64,000 nucleotides of DNA from Candidatus Bathyarchaeota archaeon (GTDB taxonomy: Archaea; Thermoproteota; Bathyarchaeia; TCS64): the NCBI GenBank assembly GCA_963769425.1, contig CAVYLP010000006.1:896001-960000 (forward strand). Direction: 5' to 3'. The position numbers and the translations under genes were made by a program. Positions 40,621-50,735 of the stretch are shown here, piece after piece. The first letter of the stretch is position 1, and each line of letters opens with the position of its first letter. The notes below the pieces were generated by a model. It did no database searches, was not told where the DNA came from, and was given only the letters and a program-made list of their open reading frames with translations.

Positions 40621-43110
40621 GGCCCCACTAGCGCAGTAGTAGATAGCGTTGAAGAGCATCCTGAACGTGCCGCGGGCCTGGTTCCTGAAGCTAGGCGGGA
40701 ACCCGAAGAGGATCACCCTCCCCCTCCCAACTGTGTGGTCGGAGACCGCCGCGAGTCCCCTCAGCTGCTTCTCCCCGAGAATCCAGCCGCTGAGCAGCGG
40801 GTTCGCCTCCGGGTACTTCGCCACCTTATAGCCCTCCTTCACCTTGAAGGCGGGTCCTGAGATGAAGTAGACCGATGCCTCGCGTGGGTAGCCGAACGCG
40901 ACGGGGTGTGCCTCGTCGAGGGCGACCCTGAGGATGCTGCCGGGGATGTAGAACTCCTGCTCCTTCAGCCCCTCGAGCGGGTTCTCCGCGGCCACCATCA
41001 GGTCTTTGATGGCGTAGCTCGACGCCCTGTTGAGGGTGATTACGTTCCCCCCAGCGCCGAGGAAGTCGAGCACGGCCTTCGTGCCCTCCTCGCCGAGCCC
41101 GACCCTGTACATGGCCTCGTACCTGCTCGGGTTGGAGCCCTTGATCGCCTTCATCCCGTTCACGATCTGGTCCCTCGGGAGGTCTGGGAAGACCAGAACA
41201 TCGAATCTCTCCGCCAGTCCTCCCTGCCGGATATCCTGGGGGCTCAGCGACTCGAAGCCGAATCCGTACTCCTCGAGCACCATCCTGAGCCACGCCTCGT
41301 CCGGGTTGGGCAGCCACGCCCTGTAGACGCCTATCCTGGGTTTCACCACCTCGAAGGCGACGTCGGGGAGGTCTTCTACCCCGTGGAAGCTGACCCCGAG
41401 GCGTGTCGCCTCCTCCATCAACTTATCCGTGTCCTCGCCGGACTCCACGACGAAAGCCCCAGGCCTCAGCTCAACAGCCCCTGCCTCAACCCACCCCTGT
41501 GTTCTCCAGAGCTTGACCCCCTTGTGGAGGAACGTGTTAGCGACCTTCGTCGATGCGAGCAACTCCGACGGGAACATGTACCATTTGCTATTAGAGCCGT
41601 TGACGACCCCGATCGGCTTTCTGGGCTTCAGTAACTCCAGCTCACAATCGAATTTATCTTGAACTGAGACAACGTCGATCCCCATCTGTAGACCTAAGGT
41701 CTGGGCGGTGACGTCGTAGGGAACTTCAGGTGGGTCGCTAGGGTTCCTCCTCAGGTCTGGATAGACCTGCTTCTCCAGCATTGTCTTCGCGAACCGCCCA
41801 TAGGGCTGAGCGAGTGGGACGACAACACATCCCTTCCGGTACCTTATGCCGTCAGCGGTGAACGGCTCCAGCGCCTCATACAGCCTCACGTCACCCATCC
41901 TCAGGACCTCGAACAGCTCATAAGCCGCTCCCGGGTCCGCCTGCTCCTTAGGTATGATGAATGCGTAGGGACCATTCGATGGACTCAGCGCCCTCTTACC
42001 GATCTCCAGGCTGCCCCTCAGCCAGCGCTCCCTGTGCTTAGCAGCGTTACCGAGGAGCGCCATGGCTGCGGTGAACTCGTAGTCGATGATGTCTCGTAGG
42101 CTCCACCTCCCGCCGCCCCAGGGCATGGCGTGGTTCCACCTCACCTCACGCGGCTTGAAGCCCCTCTCCCCCTCGAGTTCTTCTGCCTTTACATCGACTG
42201 GGCTCGCGATGTCGGCGCTCGCGGCCTCGCTCAGGATGCGTATGCCGCCGTGATAGTGCTGGTAGGCCCTCGCGGGTGTCCATCCGTCGAACTCCCAGTG
42301 GGTGGTCACACCCGCCTTCCCCGAGGTCGTCAGGGCATCCGCCATCGTCAGTCCCATGAAGCTCGTACCGCTGACAATCACCGGGTCCACATTCGGATCA
42401 ATAGGATCGATGTAGGGGGGCACAAAGAGTCGCGGCCCCTTCTGCCCCATCTGGTGGATGTCATATACAATCTGGGGATGCCAGACGTTGTGGACCTTCT
42501 CGACGGTCAGCCTCGTCTCCTTGAGGCTGAACATGAACCAGTCCCTGTTGTTGTCGTGGCCCGCGTACCTGTGGTAGACCATGGGCGGTGCCGTGCCCTC
42601 ATACCTAGTCCCTAGGTACCGCTTGTACCACTCGCAGACCAGTCTGTTTCCATCGGGATTCAGTGAGGGAATGAGGAGGAGAACGGTGTTCTGCAGAATC
42701 TCCCTGACATCCGGGTCCTCCCCCGTTGCGAGCCGGTGGAGGAGTTCCATGCTCATCTGGCTCCCACCGACCTCCGTCGAGTGGATACTGCAAGTGATCA
42801 ACACGATCGTCTTCCCACGCCTGACGAGATCATCTGCCTCCTTCACCGTGACCCCCTCCGGGTCACAGAGTCTCCCTTGGACCTCCTGAAGCTCCTCAAG
42901 TCTCCTGAGGTTCTCCGGAGAAGACACGGTCGCGAGGATGAATGGGTTCCCTTCCGTCGTCTTCCCGAGCTCCTCAAGCCTCACCCTATCAGAGGCTTCG
43001 ACTACCTTCAAGAAGTAGGCCACGATCTCTGGCCAATCCGCGAGTCTACGATCCTCCCCGACTTTAAAGCCAAGATGCTCCTCAGGAGATGGGACGCCCT
43101 TCGTAGCCAT
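40618..43110 (-). CDS. M14-family zinc metallopeptidase with C-terminal GATase-like domain
   Basis: IHSTE, NPDG, HDNNRDW, DIHQMG, PYDVTAQTL; no signal peptide. Confidence 0.9.
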   Translation of the reverse strand: MATKGVPSPEEHLGFKVGEDRRLADWPEIVAYFLKVVEASDRVRLEELGKTTEGNPFILATVSSPENLRRLEELQEVQGRLCDPEGVTVKEADDLVRRGKTIVLITCSIHSTEVGGSQMSMELLHRLATGEDPDVREILQNTVLLLIPSLNPDGNRLVCEWYKRYLGTRYEGTAPPMVYHRYAGHDNNRDWFMFSLKETRLTVEKVHNVWHPQIVYDIHQMGQKGPRLFVPPYIDPIDPNVDPVIVSGTSFMGLTMADALTTSGKAGVTTHWEFDGWTPARAYQHYHGGIRILSEAASADIASPVDVKAEELEGERGFKPREVRWNHAMPWGGGRWSLRDIIDYEFTAAMALLGNAAKHRERWLRGSLEIGKRALSPSNGPYAFIIPKEQADPGAAYELFEVLRMGDVRLYEALEPFTADGIRYRKGCVVVPLAQPYGRFAKTMLEKQVYPDLRRNPSDPPEVPYDVTAQTLGLQMGIDVVSVQDKFDCELELLKPRKPIGVVNGSNSKWYMFPSELLASTKVANTFLHKGVKLWRTQGWVEAGAVELRPGAFVVESGEDTDKLMEEATRLGVSFHGVEDLPDVAFEVVKPRIGVYRAWLPNPDEAWLRMVLEEYGFGFESLSPQDIRQGGLAERFDVLVFPDLPRDQIVNGMKAIKGSNPSRYEAMYRVGLGEEGTKAVLDFLGAGGNVITLNRASSYAIKDLMVAAENPLEGLKEQEFYIPGSILRVALDEAHPVAFGYPREASVYFISGPAFKVKEGYKVAKYPEANPLLSGWILGEKQLRGLAAVSDHTVGRGRVILFGFPPSFRNQARGTFRMLFNAIYYCASGA

Positions 43111-43337
43111 GATTAAGACAAGTCAGTCCCGCGCATTAAAGCTGAGTGAAGATACATAAAAAAACTGGAAAAGAAGATCGGAAAAAGAACTCAGTGCGAA
43201 TAGTTTCATTCTAACATAATTATTGGATAGACAAACGTGAAGAAAAAACTGAATAGTAATTACTATTGGTGATCACAAAAGGATAAGAAAATCCATTTTT
43301 CCACCACTTTTTAACTAGAAAATTTGATTTTTAACTG

Positions 43338-43354
43338 CGAAGTATTAAATATTA
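43338..43354 (+). promoter_or_regulatory. Putative BRE/TATA for the membrane operon
   Basis: GCGAAG-TATTAAATA about 170 bp upstream of the start codon. Confidence 0.5.
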
Positions 43355-43376
43355 ATCTGGATTACTGCTCTATCTA

Positions 43377-43482
43377 ACCGGAGAAAGGGTTTGGTCTCTC
43401 TGATCCAAATGGGGTTACATTAAACCCATGGAAAACTCGATGCGAAAGCACGAGTGATTGAGGATGCGAACCCTCTATCGGT
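43377..43482 (+). ncRNA. Candidate structured 5' leader RNA
   Basis: Hand-folded: closing stems ACCGG/TCGGT and AGGGTTTG/CGAACCCT, plus hairpins ATGGG/CCCAT and ACTCG-a-TGC-GAAA-GCA-CGAGT. Confidence 0.45.
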
Positions 43483-43515
43483 AAAGAAAAATGAAATGAA
43501 ACGGAGGAAACGAGA

Positions 43516-44307
43516 ATGGGATTACTAGCAGACGGCAGAATAGATTCGCTAATCTTGTTGCTGGTCTCGTTCGCCCTGTTCTACATCTTCATGCAGCAAG
43601 CCAAGGGGGGTGCAAAGTTCAAGGTGAGAACCTTCCCCGCGGTCACCGCCATACCCGAAGCGGTTGGCAGGGCGGCGGAGATGGGCAAACCAATCTACTA
43701 CTCAACAGGGCTTGGCATGCAGACTCTGAACAACCAGCTCAACGGTCCGCAGACCCTAGCGGGAATAAGCATACTTGCCTACGTCACCAGACTGAGCGCA
43801 AGGAGCGGTGTCAAGGTAAGCTACTTCACACCCATCGCGGATTCGCTTCCCCTCGTTGAGGAGACGATGAGGACTGCATACTTGTCTGAGGGAAAACCAG
43901 ACGAATTTGACGCTACTGCACAGATCAATTTCCAACAAGACCAATCCCCATATCTAACCGCCTCATTAGGCTGGATCCAGCGCGAGAAACCTGCCTCAAG
44001 TTTCCTGATCGGAGGATACTATTACGAATCCGTTGTACTGGGGGAGGCTGGTAACACAATCGGTGCAATGCAAATCTCCGGTACAGCAAACACAAGCCAG
44101 ATACCCTTCCTTGTAGCGACCTGCGATTACACCCTCATCATGGAGGAGCTCTACGCTGCAAGCGCTGAGATATCTGGAAACACCGATGTACTAGGTAGCC
44201 TGCGCGGAGAAGACATCCTCAAATTTGTCGTGCTGGCACTGCTCGCTATAGGATTTATTATCGCCTTCACGGGAAGCGCCTTCCTGGTTAACCTTCTAAA
44301 GGTGTAA
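43516..44307 (+). CDS. DUF6754-like membrane-anchored protein
   Basis: AIPEAVGRAAEMGKP, YYESVVLGEAG, QISGT..QIPFLVATCDYTLIMEELYAASA; TM at both ends. Confidence 0.8.
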   Translation: MGLLADGRIDSLILLLVSFALFYIFMQQAKGGAKFKVRTFPAVTAIPEAVGRAAEMGKPIYYSTGLGMQTLNNQLNGPQTLAGISILAYVTRLSARSGVKVSYFTPIADSLPLVEETMRTAYLSEGKPDEFDATAQINFQQDQSPYLTASLGWIQREKPASSFLIGGYYYESVVLGEAGNTIGAMQISGTANTSQIPFLVATCDYTLIMEELYAASAEISGNTDVLGSLRGEDILKFVVLALLAIGFIIAFTGSAFLVNLLKV

Positions 44308-44313
44308 TGAAAT

Positions 44314-44961
44314 ATGTCTCAAATATACAAACGCGAGTTGGTCTTCGTCATCGCAGCGATATCCGCCATAATAGCGATGGTAGCGTACTACTTCACCGGC
44401 ATAGGTGCAGCAGGAACCATAGCTAACCAGCTCTACACCTGGGCCCTAATTGTCCAATTAATGGCAATAGGTCTGGGTGCAGTAAACATGGTTCAGGTCC
44501 ACTACAGAAATGTCCAAAGGAGAACCAAGGGCCTCTGGTACAACAGTGCCTGGTTCCTGGTTTTCTTTGCCATCCTGATGGTCTTCGGCCTAGTAAAGAT
44601 CGCGAGTGGTCAGGAACCCTACCTATACACATGGGTATTTACTAACGTCTACACAAGCCTGAGTTCAACCCTGTATGCTATTACTGGTTTTTACATCTTC
44701 TCAGCAGCCTACAGGGCTTTCCGTGCCAGAAACATCGATGCTACACTTCTCTTAGTCGCAGGCGTATTTGTGATGCTTGCGAACGCTCCAATTGGTGAGG
44801 TCATATGGTCGGGATTCCCCTCAATCGGGAACTGGTTAAACAATGCCGGAGAAATCCCCGCGATGAGGACCTTCCTCATCACTGGTGCTCTTGGTGTTTT
44901 AGCGTTCGGGTTTAGAGCCCTCCTAGGAAAGGAGAGAGGGTTCTACTCGGGGGTGGAGTGA
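44314..44961 (+). CDS. Hypothetical polytopic membrane protein (operon gene 2)
   Basis: About 6 TM; FYIFSAAYRAFRARN, LLGKER. Confidence 0.8.
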   Translation: MSQIYKRELVFVIAAISAIIAMVAYYFTGIGAAGTIANQLYTWALIVQLMAIGLGAVNMVQVHYRNVQRRTKGLWYNSAWFLVFFAILMVFGLVKIASGQEPYLYTWVFTNVYTSLSSTLYAITGFYIFSAAYRAFRARNIDATLLLVAGVFVMLANAPIGEVIWSGFPSIGNWLNNAGEIPAMRTFLITGALGVLAFGFRALLGKERGFYSGVE

Positions 44962-44962
44962 T

Positions 44963-45799
44963 ATGAGCGACAAATCTATCTGGGACCGGATACAGAACGC
45001 CGATAGGAGGATCTTTTACTGGATCCTATTCATCGGCTTAATGATTCCCTACATCAGCCCCCTTGGTCTGCCCGTCGCCGTCACTACCTCGACCCAAGCA
45101 TACTACGATAAACTAAATTCCCTTCCAGCCGGCTCGGTCGTAGTACTTAGCATCAACTCGGGTGTAAGCGCGTGGGGAGACTGCCTGCCCGCTATGACTG
45201 CGACAGTCAAGCTCCTAGTACAAAAGAACATCAAAATCATTGTCTGGGGCATGGGTCAGGTTGACATCGATCTCACGTGGGCGAAGATAGAATCACAGGT
45301 ACCCGCCCTCGGTACATCGTACAAATACGGAACTGATTATGTCTACTTCGGCTACCTTCCCACCCAAGAGACCACTGTCTCCTTACTAAGGGATAACATC
45401 CGAGGCGTATTCAGCGAAGACAAGAACGGCACGCCAATCGGCAACATTCCCATGATGGCAAACGTCAACGGCGCCAAGGACATCGCGGCTGTATGTTCGA
45501 GTGACACCGGTGATGTACAATCCTACTATGTAAAGCTCTGGAAGAACGGCCCAACCAATACCCCCGTCGCTGAACTCGGTATAGCCATGAACAAGTCCGG
45601 TGACATGCCCTACTTCCTCTCCGGAGACGAGTTCGGTCTCGTAGCTGGCTCACGAGGCGGAGCAGAGCTCGAGAAGTTGATCGGTGCCCTTGGAGACGGA
45701 ACGACGACAATGGACGCCATCAACGTCTCACACATACTCATTGTTTTAGCAATCATACTTGCGAACGTGGGATACTTCGCAATGAGGGGGAAGAAGTAA
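44963..45799 (+). CDS. Hypothetical membrane-anchored protein (operon gene 3)
   Basis: DRRIFYW N-terminal TM, YGTDYVYFGY, GLVAGSRGGAELEKL, MDA..SH C-terminal TM. Confidence 0.8.
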   Translation: MSDKSIWDRIQNADRRIFYWILFIGLMIPYISPLGLPVAVTTSTQAYYDKLNSLPAGSVVVLSINSGVSAWGDCLPAMTATVKLLVQKNIKIIVWGMGQVDIDLTWAKIESQVPALGTSYKYGTDYVYFGYLPTQETTVSLLRDNIRGVFSEDKNGTPIGNIPMMANVNGAKDIAAVCSSDTGDVQSYYVKLWKNGPTNTPVAELGIAMNKSGDMPYFLSGDEFGLVAGSRGGAELEKLIGALGDGTTTMDAINVSHILIVLAIILANVGYFAMRGKK

Positions 45800-45800
45800 A

Positions 45801-46454
45801 ATGATTGTGAATGTTGCAGCGTATCCGACTGGCATCTACGACATATTAGGCCTATGGGCGGGTTTGTTCCTAATGCTCGCCATCTACAGCTACCCACTCT
45901 TCAAGGAGAACCCGATATACAGGTTCGCAGAGCACACCTTCACCGCGTCGGCGATGGCCATTGGAATAATAGTGACCCTCACGGCCCTACAGGGCACCGC
46001 CTGGATACCACTCGTCAATGGTAACTACATGATTATCATAGGCATCATCCTGGGCCTAGTCATGTACACCCTGTTGATACCGAGCAAGAGGTACCTGAGC
46101 CGATACCCGATAGCGATACTCGTCGGCTCCACCATCGGACTAAGCCTAGCCAGCGGGATCCAGCCGAACATCCTTAACCAGATGATCTCCACGATCGCTG
46201 TGCCAGCTTCCAACTCTCAGATGATCGACTGGTTCAGTTTCATCTGGATCGCTGTAGGCACAATCTGCGCGACCACATACTTCCTACTGACATACGAGCA
46301 TAGCGGCGTGATCAAGCCGGTGACCGTCATAGGGCGCTACTTCATAATGATAGGTCTCGGCGCCTACTTCGGCAACACAGTGCTCTTTAGATTCAGCATG
46401 CTGGCGACGAGGGCTCAGTTCCTGTTACAGGTTCTGAAGATCATCCCGATGTAA
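45801..46454 (+). CDS. Hypothetical polytopic membrane protein (operon gene 4)
   Basis: About 6 TM; KENPIYRFAEH, SRYPIA, GRYFIMIGLGAYFGNTV..R. Confidence 0.8.
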   Translation: MIVNVAAYPTGIYDILGLWAGLFLMLAIYSYPLFKENPIYRFAEHTFTASAMAIGIIVTLTALQGTAWIPLVNGNYMIIIGIILGLVMYTLLIPSKRYLSRYPIAILVGSTIGLSLASGIQPNILNQMISTIAVPASNSQMIDWFSFIWIAVGTICATTYFLLTYEHSGVIKPVTVIGRYFIMIGLGAYFGNTVLFRFSMLATRAQFLLQVLKIIPM

Positions 46455-46465
46455 GCTACCCCACG

Positions 46466-46489
46466 CCCTTTCCTTTTTATTATTTTTAT
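46466..46489 (+). terminator. T-rich archaeal terminator
   Basis: CCCTTTCCTTTTTATTATTTTT after the operon stop. Confidence 0.5.
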
Positions 46490-46552
46490 ACTCCCCCAAA
46501 GGAGTAGCTATGATTAGCCCGAATGTTATAAACGACCGCAGCCGATAGTCAC

Positions 46553-47416
46553 TTGTTGAATCCATCTGAAATCCACGATCTCCTCAACGAATCCCGGTTG
46601 TTGAGAAGGGTCGCGGTTGAGAACCTAATGCTCGTAAGCCTCGGGCTCCGCCCCTGTAGCCAGACGACGATCCCCGCCGAGCTCCCCAGCGGGCCTTTGA
46701 TGGGCGAAACGATAGACGAGCGTTTCAAACCTAAGATGGAAAAACTCAGGTTGATTCGGGATCAGAAGGCGAAGATCAGGGAGATCGGGGCCATGAGGAA
46801 GGGAATGGCCTCCGCCTTCGATGAGCTCGTCGAGGACTCCATGGAGTGTAAGTTGCTATCAGATTGGGCGAAGAAGCTGAGTCTCAAGGTTGACCAGGTC
46901 GAGGTGCGCCCCACAGTCCACGAACTCTACCTCTACAGGAACCGGGAGACGTTGAGGGAGCTTCAGAGGCTCATTCAGGAGAGGGGGAAGCTCAGGGTGG
47001 AGGCCGTGAGAAAGCCGGACCCATCAAAGGGACAGCTTCAGTTCATCTACCCTGAGGAGTTCAACGGCGACTGGATAAAGAGGATGGGGCACCTCCTCGG
47101 CTACCCAGACTGCTGCGTCGAAAGGTACGCCTCGGATAGGGAGCATGGTGTGAACGCGGAGGCTAGGGCGGCGACACAACTAAAGGAACTTGACATCCCC
47201 CCCGACCAACGTGTCTACTTCGTCAGCTATTTTCTCCCATGCAGTCCCACCTGTCAGAAAGCGAGAGAGATGGGGGAACTCTACAACCAAAACCTATTGG
47301 AGGCGCTCCCTGAGGCTGGTAAGGTCTACGAGTCCATAACGGCGGAGAACATGGATCGCGTGCGAAGACAACCCGAGATAATCAACGACTACCTGAGCAA
47401 GCTGAGAGGGGTCTAG
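46553..47416 (+). CDS. DUF483-like hypothetical protein
   Basis: GHLLGYPDCCVERY and FLPCSPTC motifs. Confidence 0.65.
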   Translation: MLNPSEIHDLLNESRLLRRVAVENLMLVSLGLRPCSQTTIPAELPSGPLMGETIDERFKPKMEKLRLIRDQKAKIREIGAMRKGMASAFDELVEDSMECKLLSDWAKKLSLKVDQVEVRPTVHELYLYRNRETLRELQRLIQERGKLRVEAVRKPDPSKGQLQFIYPEEFNGDWIKRMGHLLGYPDCCVERYASDREHGVNAEARAATQLKELDIPPDQRVYFVSYFLPCSPTCQKAREMGELYNQNLLEALPEAGKVYESITAENMDRVRRQPEIINDYLSKLRGV

Positions 47417-47766
47417 CTTTTCCTCAGCGGCATCTCGCCCTGCTTAACCGGTATCCTCTCGACCTTGAACGTGACTGGTCGCTCCGAGTCGGGGCAGCTG
47501 AAGTATTTGATTTTGTCTATGTAGTCCCATGGCTCCGTGACGTTCCTCTCCATAGCCGACGTGAGGGGGAGGATTGCGCTGAAGGCTGCGAGGCAGACGC
47601 TGTCCGTCTCCTCGAGGACGAGCCTCCCCGGGTTGCTCGTGATGGTGATCTTGTCACCGACCTTGTATACCTTACAGGGCCCCTTGACGTGCGGGGGGTT
47701 CCCGTCTAAGCTCTTCGGTTCCTGAACGTCGACGACCGTGAAGACTACCTTGTACATGGTTATCAC
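47413..47766 (-). CDS. TIGR04076-like small Cys protein
   Basis: GPCKVYKVGDKI, VCLAAF, SCPD..VTFKVER. Confidence 0.75.
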   Translation of the reverse strand: MITMYKVVFTVVDVQEPKSLDGNPPHVKGPCKVYKVGDKITITSNPGRLVLEETDSVCLAAFSAILPLTSAMERNVTEPWDYIDKIKYFSCPDSERPVTFKVERIPVKQGEMPLRKS

Positions 47767-47846
47767 ATCACCTCGCGGACTCGGGAGGTAAAAGAATTAG
47801 CATCCGCTCTCGTGGTTAAATAAGTATGAAAAAAGGGTGGTTTGAT

Positions 47847-48653
47847 TTACTCGATGAGGTAGACGATGCTTAGATTCACCGTCACGCTCAGGTTGCCCGA
47901 CAGCACCGGAGTGGAGGCCTTCGCCGACCCCGCCGCTGAGATGTCGTAGTTACTGTAGCTCACTGGCGGGTAGTAGACGCTCTCGTTCACGCTCTGGACC
48001 CCCGTGACGTGGATACCCAGGCCGCTGGTTATCACGTCGCTCTTCGCCTTCGCGTCGGCGATTGCGGCCGTGTATGCTTGTAGCCTCATGGCGGAGGCGG
48101 TCTCATCAGTTATTCCGAAGCCAATCGAGTCTACCCTGTTGGCACCCGCGGTGGTCGCGGCGTCGATTACTGGGCCGACCTTGGTGAGGTCCTTGATCTT
48201 TATCTGGATCATGTTGGTGACCTGATACCCAACTACTTGGCGGACATCGTAATTGTAGTTGGGGTACACTATGTACGTCGTTGTCTGCATGTCGTCGTCC
48301 GTGAAGCCGAGTTGCTTCAGGGCAGCGATAACTGCGGTCATGGTTGCAGCGTTCTCGTCGATGGCGGCGCTGGCGATCTTATCCTCGGTGTAGACGCCGA
48401 GTGAAACGGTCGCCTGGTTAGCCTTTACGTTTATGACGCCGGTGCCCGTGACGCTCAGCGTCTTGGGGTTCGTGCTGGTGTCAGTGGCGGCGACTGTGGA
48501 GCTTGGTACTCCGAGGGCTGGTGGGACTCCCGTTGGGAACCTGAACTCGGTGGCGCCAGCGACCATGCCAGGCTTGTAGGCGATCATCATCCCCGCTAGG
48601 AGGATGGATGCGCAGATCGCTAGGACGGTCGCGGCTTGACTTGTCTTATCCAT
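47847..48653 (-). CDS. SIMPL (DUF541) domain exported protein
   Basis: N-terminal TM; LSVTGTG, GYQVTN, AGANRV, AIADAKAK. Confidence 0.88.
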   Translation of the reverse strand: MDKTSQAATVLAICASILLAGMMIAYKPGMVAGATEFRFPTGVPPALGVPSSTVAATDTSTNPKTLSVTGTGVINVKANQATVSLGVYTEDKIASAAIDENAATMTAVIAALKQLGFTDDDMQTTTYIVYPNYNYDVRQVVGYQVTNMIQIKIKDLTKVGPVIDAATTAGANRVDSIGFGITDETASAMRLQAYTAAIADAKAKSDVITSGLGIHVTGVQSVNESVYYPPVSYSNYDISAAGSAKASTPVLSGNLSVTVNLSIVYLIE

Positions 48654-48743
48654 GTTTATTACCGGTAAGAAGGCTCTTCGCGGCTCTATTATACCCATAG
48701 ATTAGAACGATTGTACGAATGATTAGAACAGGGCTGAGGCGAG

Positions 48744-50267
48744 TTAGACCTTGAAGGGGGGTATGTGCCACTCCCTCCCCCTCTGTGTGGTGACGTACTC
48801 TGGCCACGGGAGATCCACTGGGGGCTCCATATCTACCGGGAGGAGAGGCTTCTCGACGTACTTGCTCGTCCTCTCCCTCCACTCATCCTTGCACGCCTTC
48901 AGTCTGTCAGGATCAGTGATGAGATCCATCATCGTGCCACTTATAGCCTTCCCGGCGGTGTAGATACTCTTGTCTATCACACCCTTCATGCCGCATAGCG
49001 CGTAGCGGGTCCACGAGGGAAGCCTCACCTCAGGGACGCTGACGCTTGGGACGTAGACTTGTATCCAGACAGTTGGACAGTGCCATGTGAACTCGACGTA
49101 GTCGTCGCTCCCGTGGTGTGTCTGGTGGTTGGGGATCGGCTTCCGCCACATCTTCTCCCAATCGTCCGGGGTCGTCAGCTTCTCGTTGTACGGCTCCTGG
49201 GGCGGCTTGTAGCCGAGCCCCCTAACGATCACGCGGGCTTTCTCCTTATCACTCTCAGTGAACTTTGGTGCCCCAATGAGTTCCAGGTTCTCGTAGGCTA
49301 AGTCAGCGAGGGCCTTGTTGAAGAGGCCGGTGCGTGTCTTCGCCACCCATTTTATTCCAAGCTTACAACCGGTGACCCTCGCGACCGACTCTGCGTTGTT
49401 GAGGAGTACCTTGTATATCTGCTCCTGCTGCACGAGACTCGGACTCCTGAAGGCGTAGGTGATCACACCCACCCTCGGCGGCAGGTTGTCCGCCGTTGCC
49501 TGACCAGCGACGAGTATGGCCTCGTTTATCGTCCAGAGCCCGGTGCGAGGAAGCATGTTCTCCTTCGTGTACTTCGTCGTCGTGTACATGAGGCAGACCG
49601 CGTCGAGGGCCCCCGGTGCCCGTGTCTGGGTGGGGAGATCGGGGGCGTAGCTCATCCACTTCTCCGGCTCGTCGCAGTCGAAGACGAATGCGACGCACCA
49701 ATAACTCCCCCACTGGGTTTCGTACATGACAGTCGTGGAACACCTCGGGTGCCAAGCCACTGTTGCATCGAGTCCCTCATAGTAGCCTCTCGCTGCCTCG
49801 TAGGGCTTAGAGATGCATATCTTCTCCCCCGGGGCGCCAAAGATCTTTATAGTACCCTTGAGATTGTGCTTCTCCATAGCGTACTTGACAGCGTGTGCAC
49901 CAGCTGCTGCTGCGACGCCCAGTGCGCTATGTGGGTCCGTGTGCCCCGCCTGCCACGGGTTCTCCGCCTCCTTGTGGGTTACGGGCTCCTGCGCAGTCTC
50001 GGGTACCGCATCATATTCGGTGTAAGTGCTTATGACGGGTTTTCCCTTCCCCCATGTTGCGACGTAGGCGGTTGGCATACCGGCGATCCCATCATCGACT
50101 TCGAATCCCTCCTCGCGGTGCTACCTCACGAGGGCATCGTAGCTCTTGTACTCCCGAAGAGCTGGTTCCGCGTACCTCCAGATCAGCTGATGCAGGTTGC
50201 TGATCTTCTCCGAGTTCTCATCGATGTACTCGAAGGCCGTCTTCTTCTCCTTGGTCAGCTTCGCCAT
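48744..50267 (-). CDS. Divergent M20/AbgB-like amidohydrolase with in-frame TAG at codon 49
   Basis: ATG 50267 MAKLTKEK..YAEPALREYKS..*..GFEV..GMPTA in one frame; EYDAVP, GHTDPHS, PGEK, GSDDYVE. Confidence 0.8.
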
Positions 50268-50363
50268 GATAAGCCGTAGAAAATAATCATTAAGACCTTA
50301 TAACATGTGGGCGACCCAAACCCTCATTCCACTGGGCTGATGAAGTAAAAGAAAGGGGTAGGC

Positions 50364-50735
50364 TTACTTGACCTTCTTTAAGGCTTCCTTAGTCTCAACT
50401 GGGAAGTCGCGCATGAGGTTCTTGAGGACGACCTCGGCGACATACTGCTTGAACTGAGCCTCATTCAGCTTCGTGGAGTAGATGCGACGGTGCCCACCCT
50501 TACCCGTTATCTCGGTGTAGTTGAGCACACCCTCATCCACCATGGCGTTTAGGAAGTTGATTATGGAAGCCCTGCTGATGCTCCTCGTCTTTAAGGTCTT
50601 GTTTACCATGCTCCAGACGTCCCGCGAGCTGGCCCCCTCCCCCTTCTTCTCCCAAATGTAGTGGAGTGCCTCCTCTTGGTAGTCCTTAAGGACCATGGCG
50701 AGTCCGTATCCGGCGGTATCAATGGTTAGTGTCAA
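50364..50735 (-). CDS. BlaI/MecI/CopY-like winged-helix regulator
   Basis: LHYIWE..SSRDVW..SRASIINFLNAMVDEGVL..KGGHRRIY. Confidence 0.8.
   Translation of the reverse strand: MTLTIDTAGYGLAMVLKDYQEEALHYIWEKKGEGASSRDVWSMVNKTLKTRSISRASIINFLNAMVDEGVLNYTEITGKGGHRRIYSTKLNEAQFKQYVAEVVLKNLMRDFPVETKEALKKVK

Noticed and set aside
43395-43465. Hammerhead ribozyme (three-way junction with CUGA and GAAA)
   Set aside because: Core reads CUGAUCC rather than CUGANGA and the cleavage-site base would be G.
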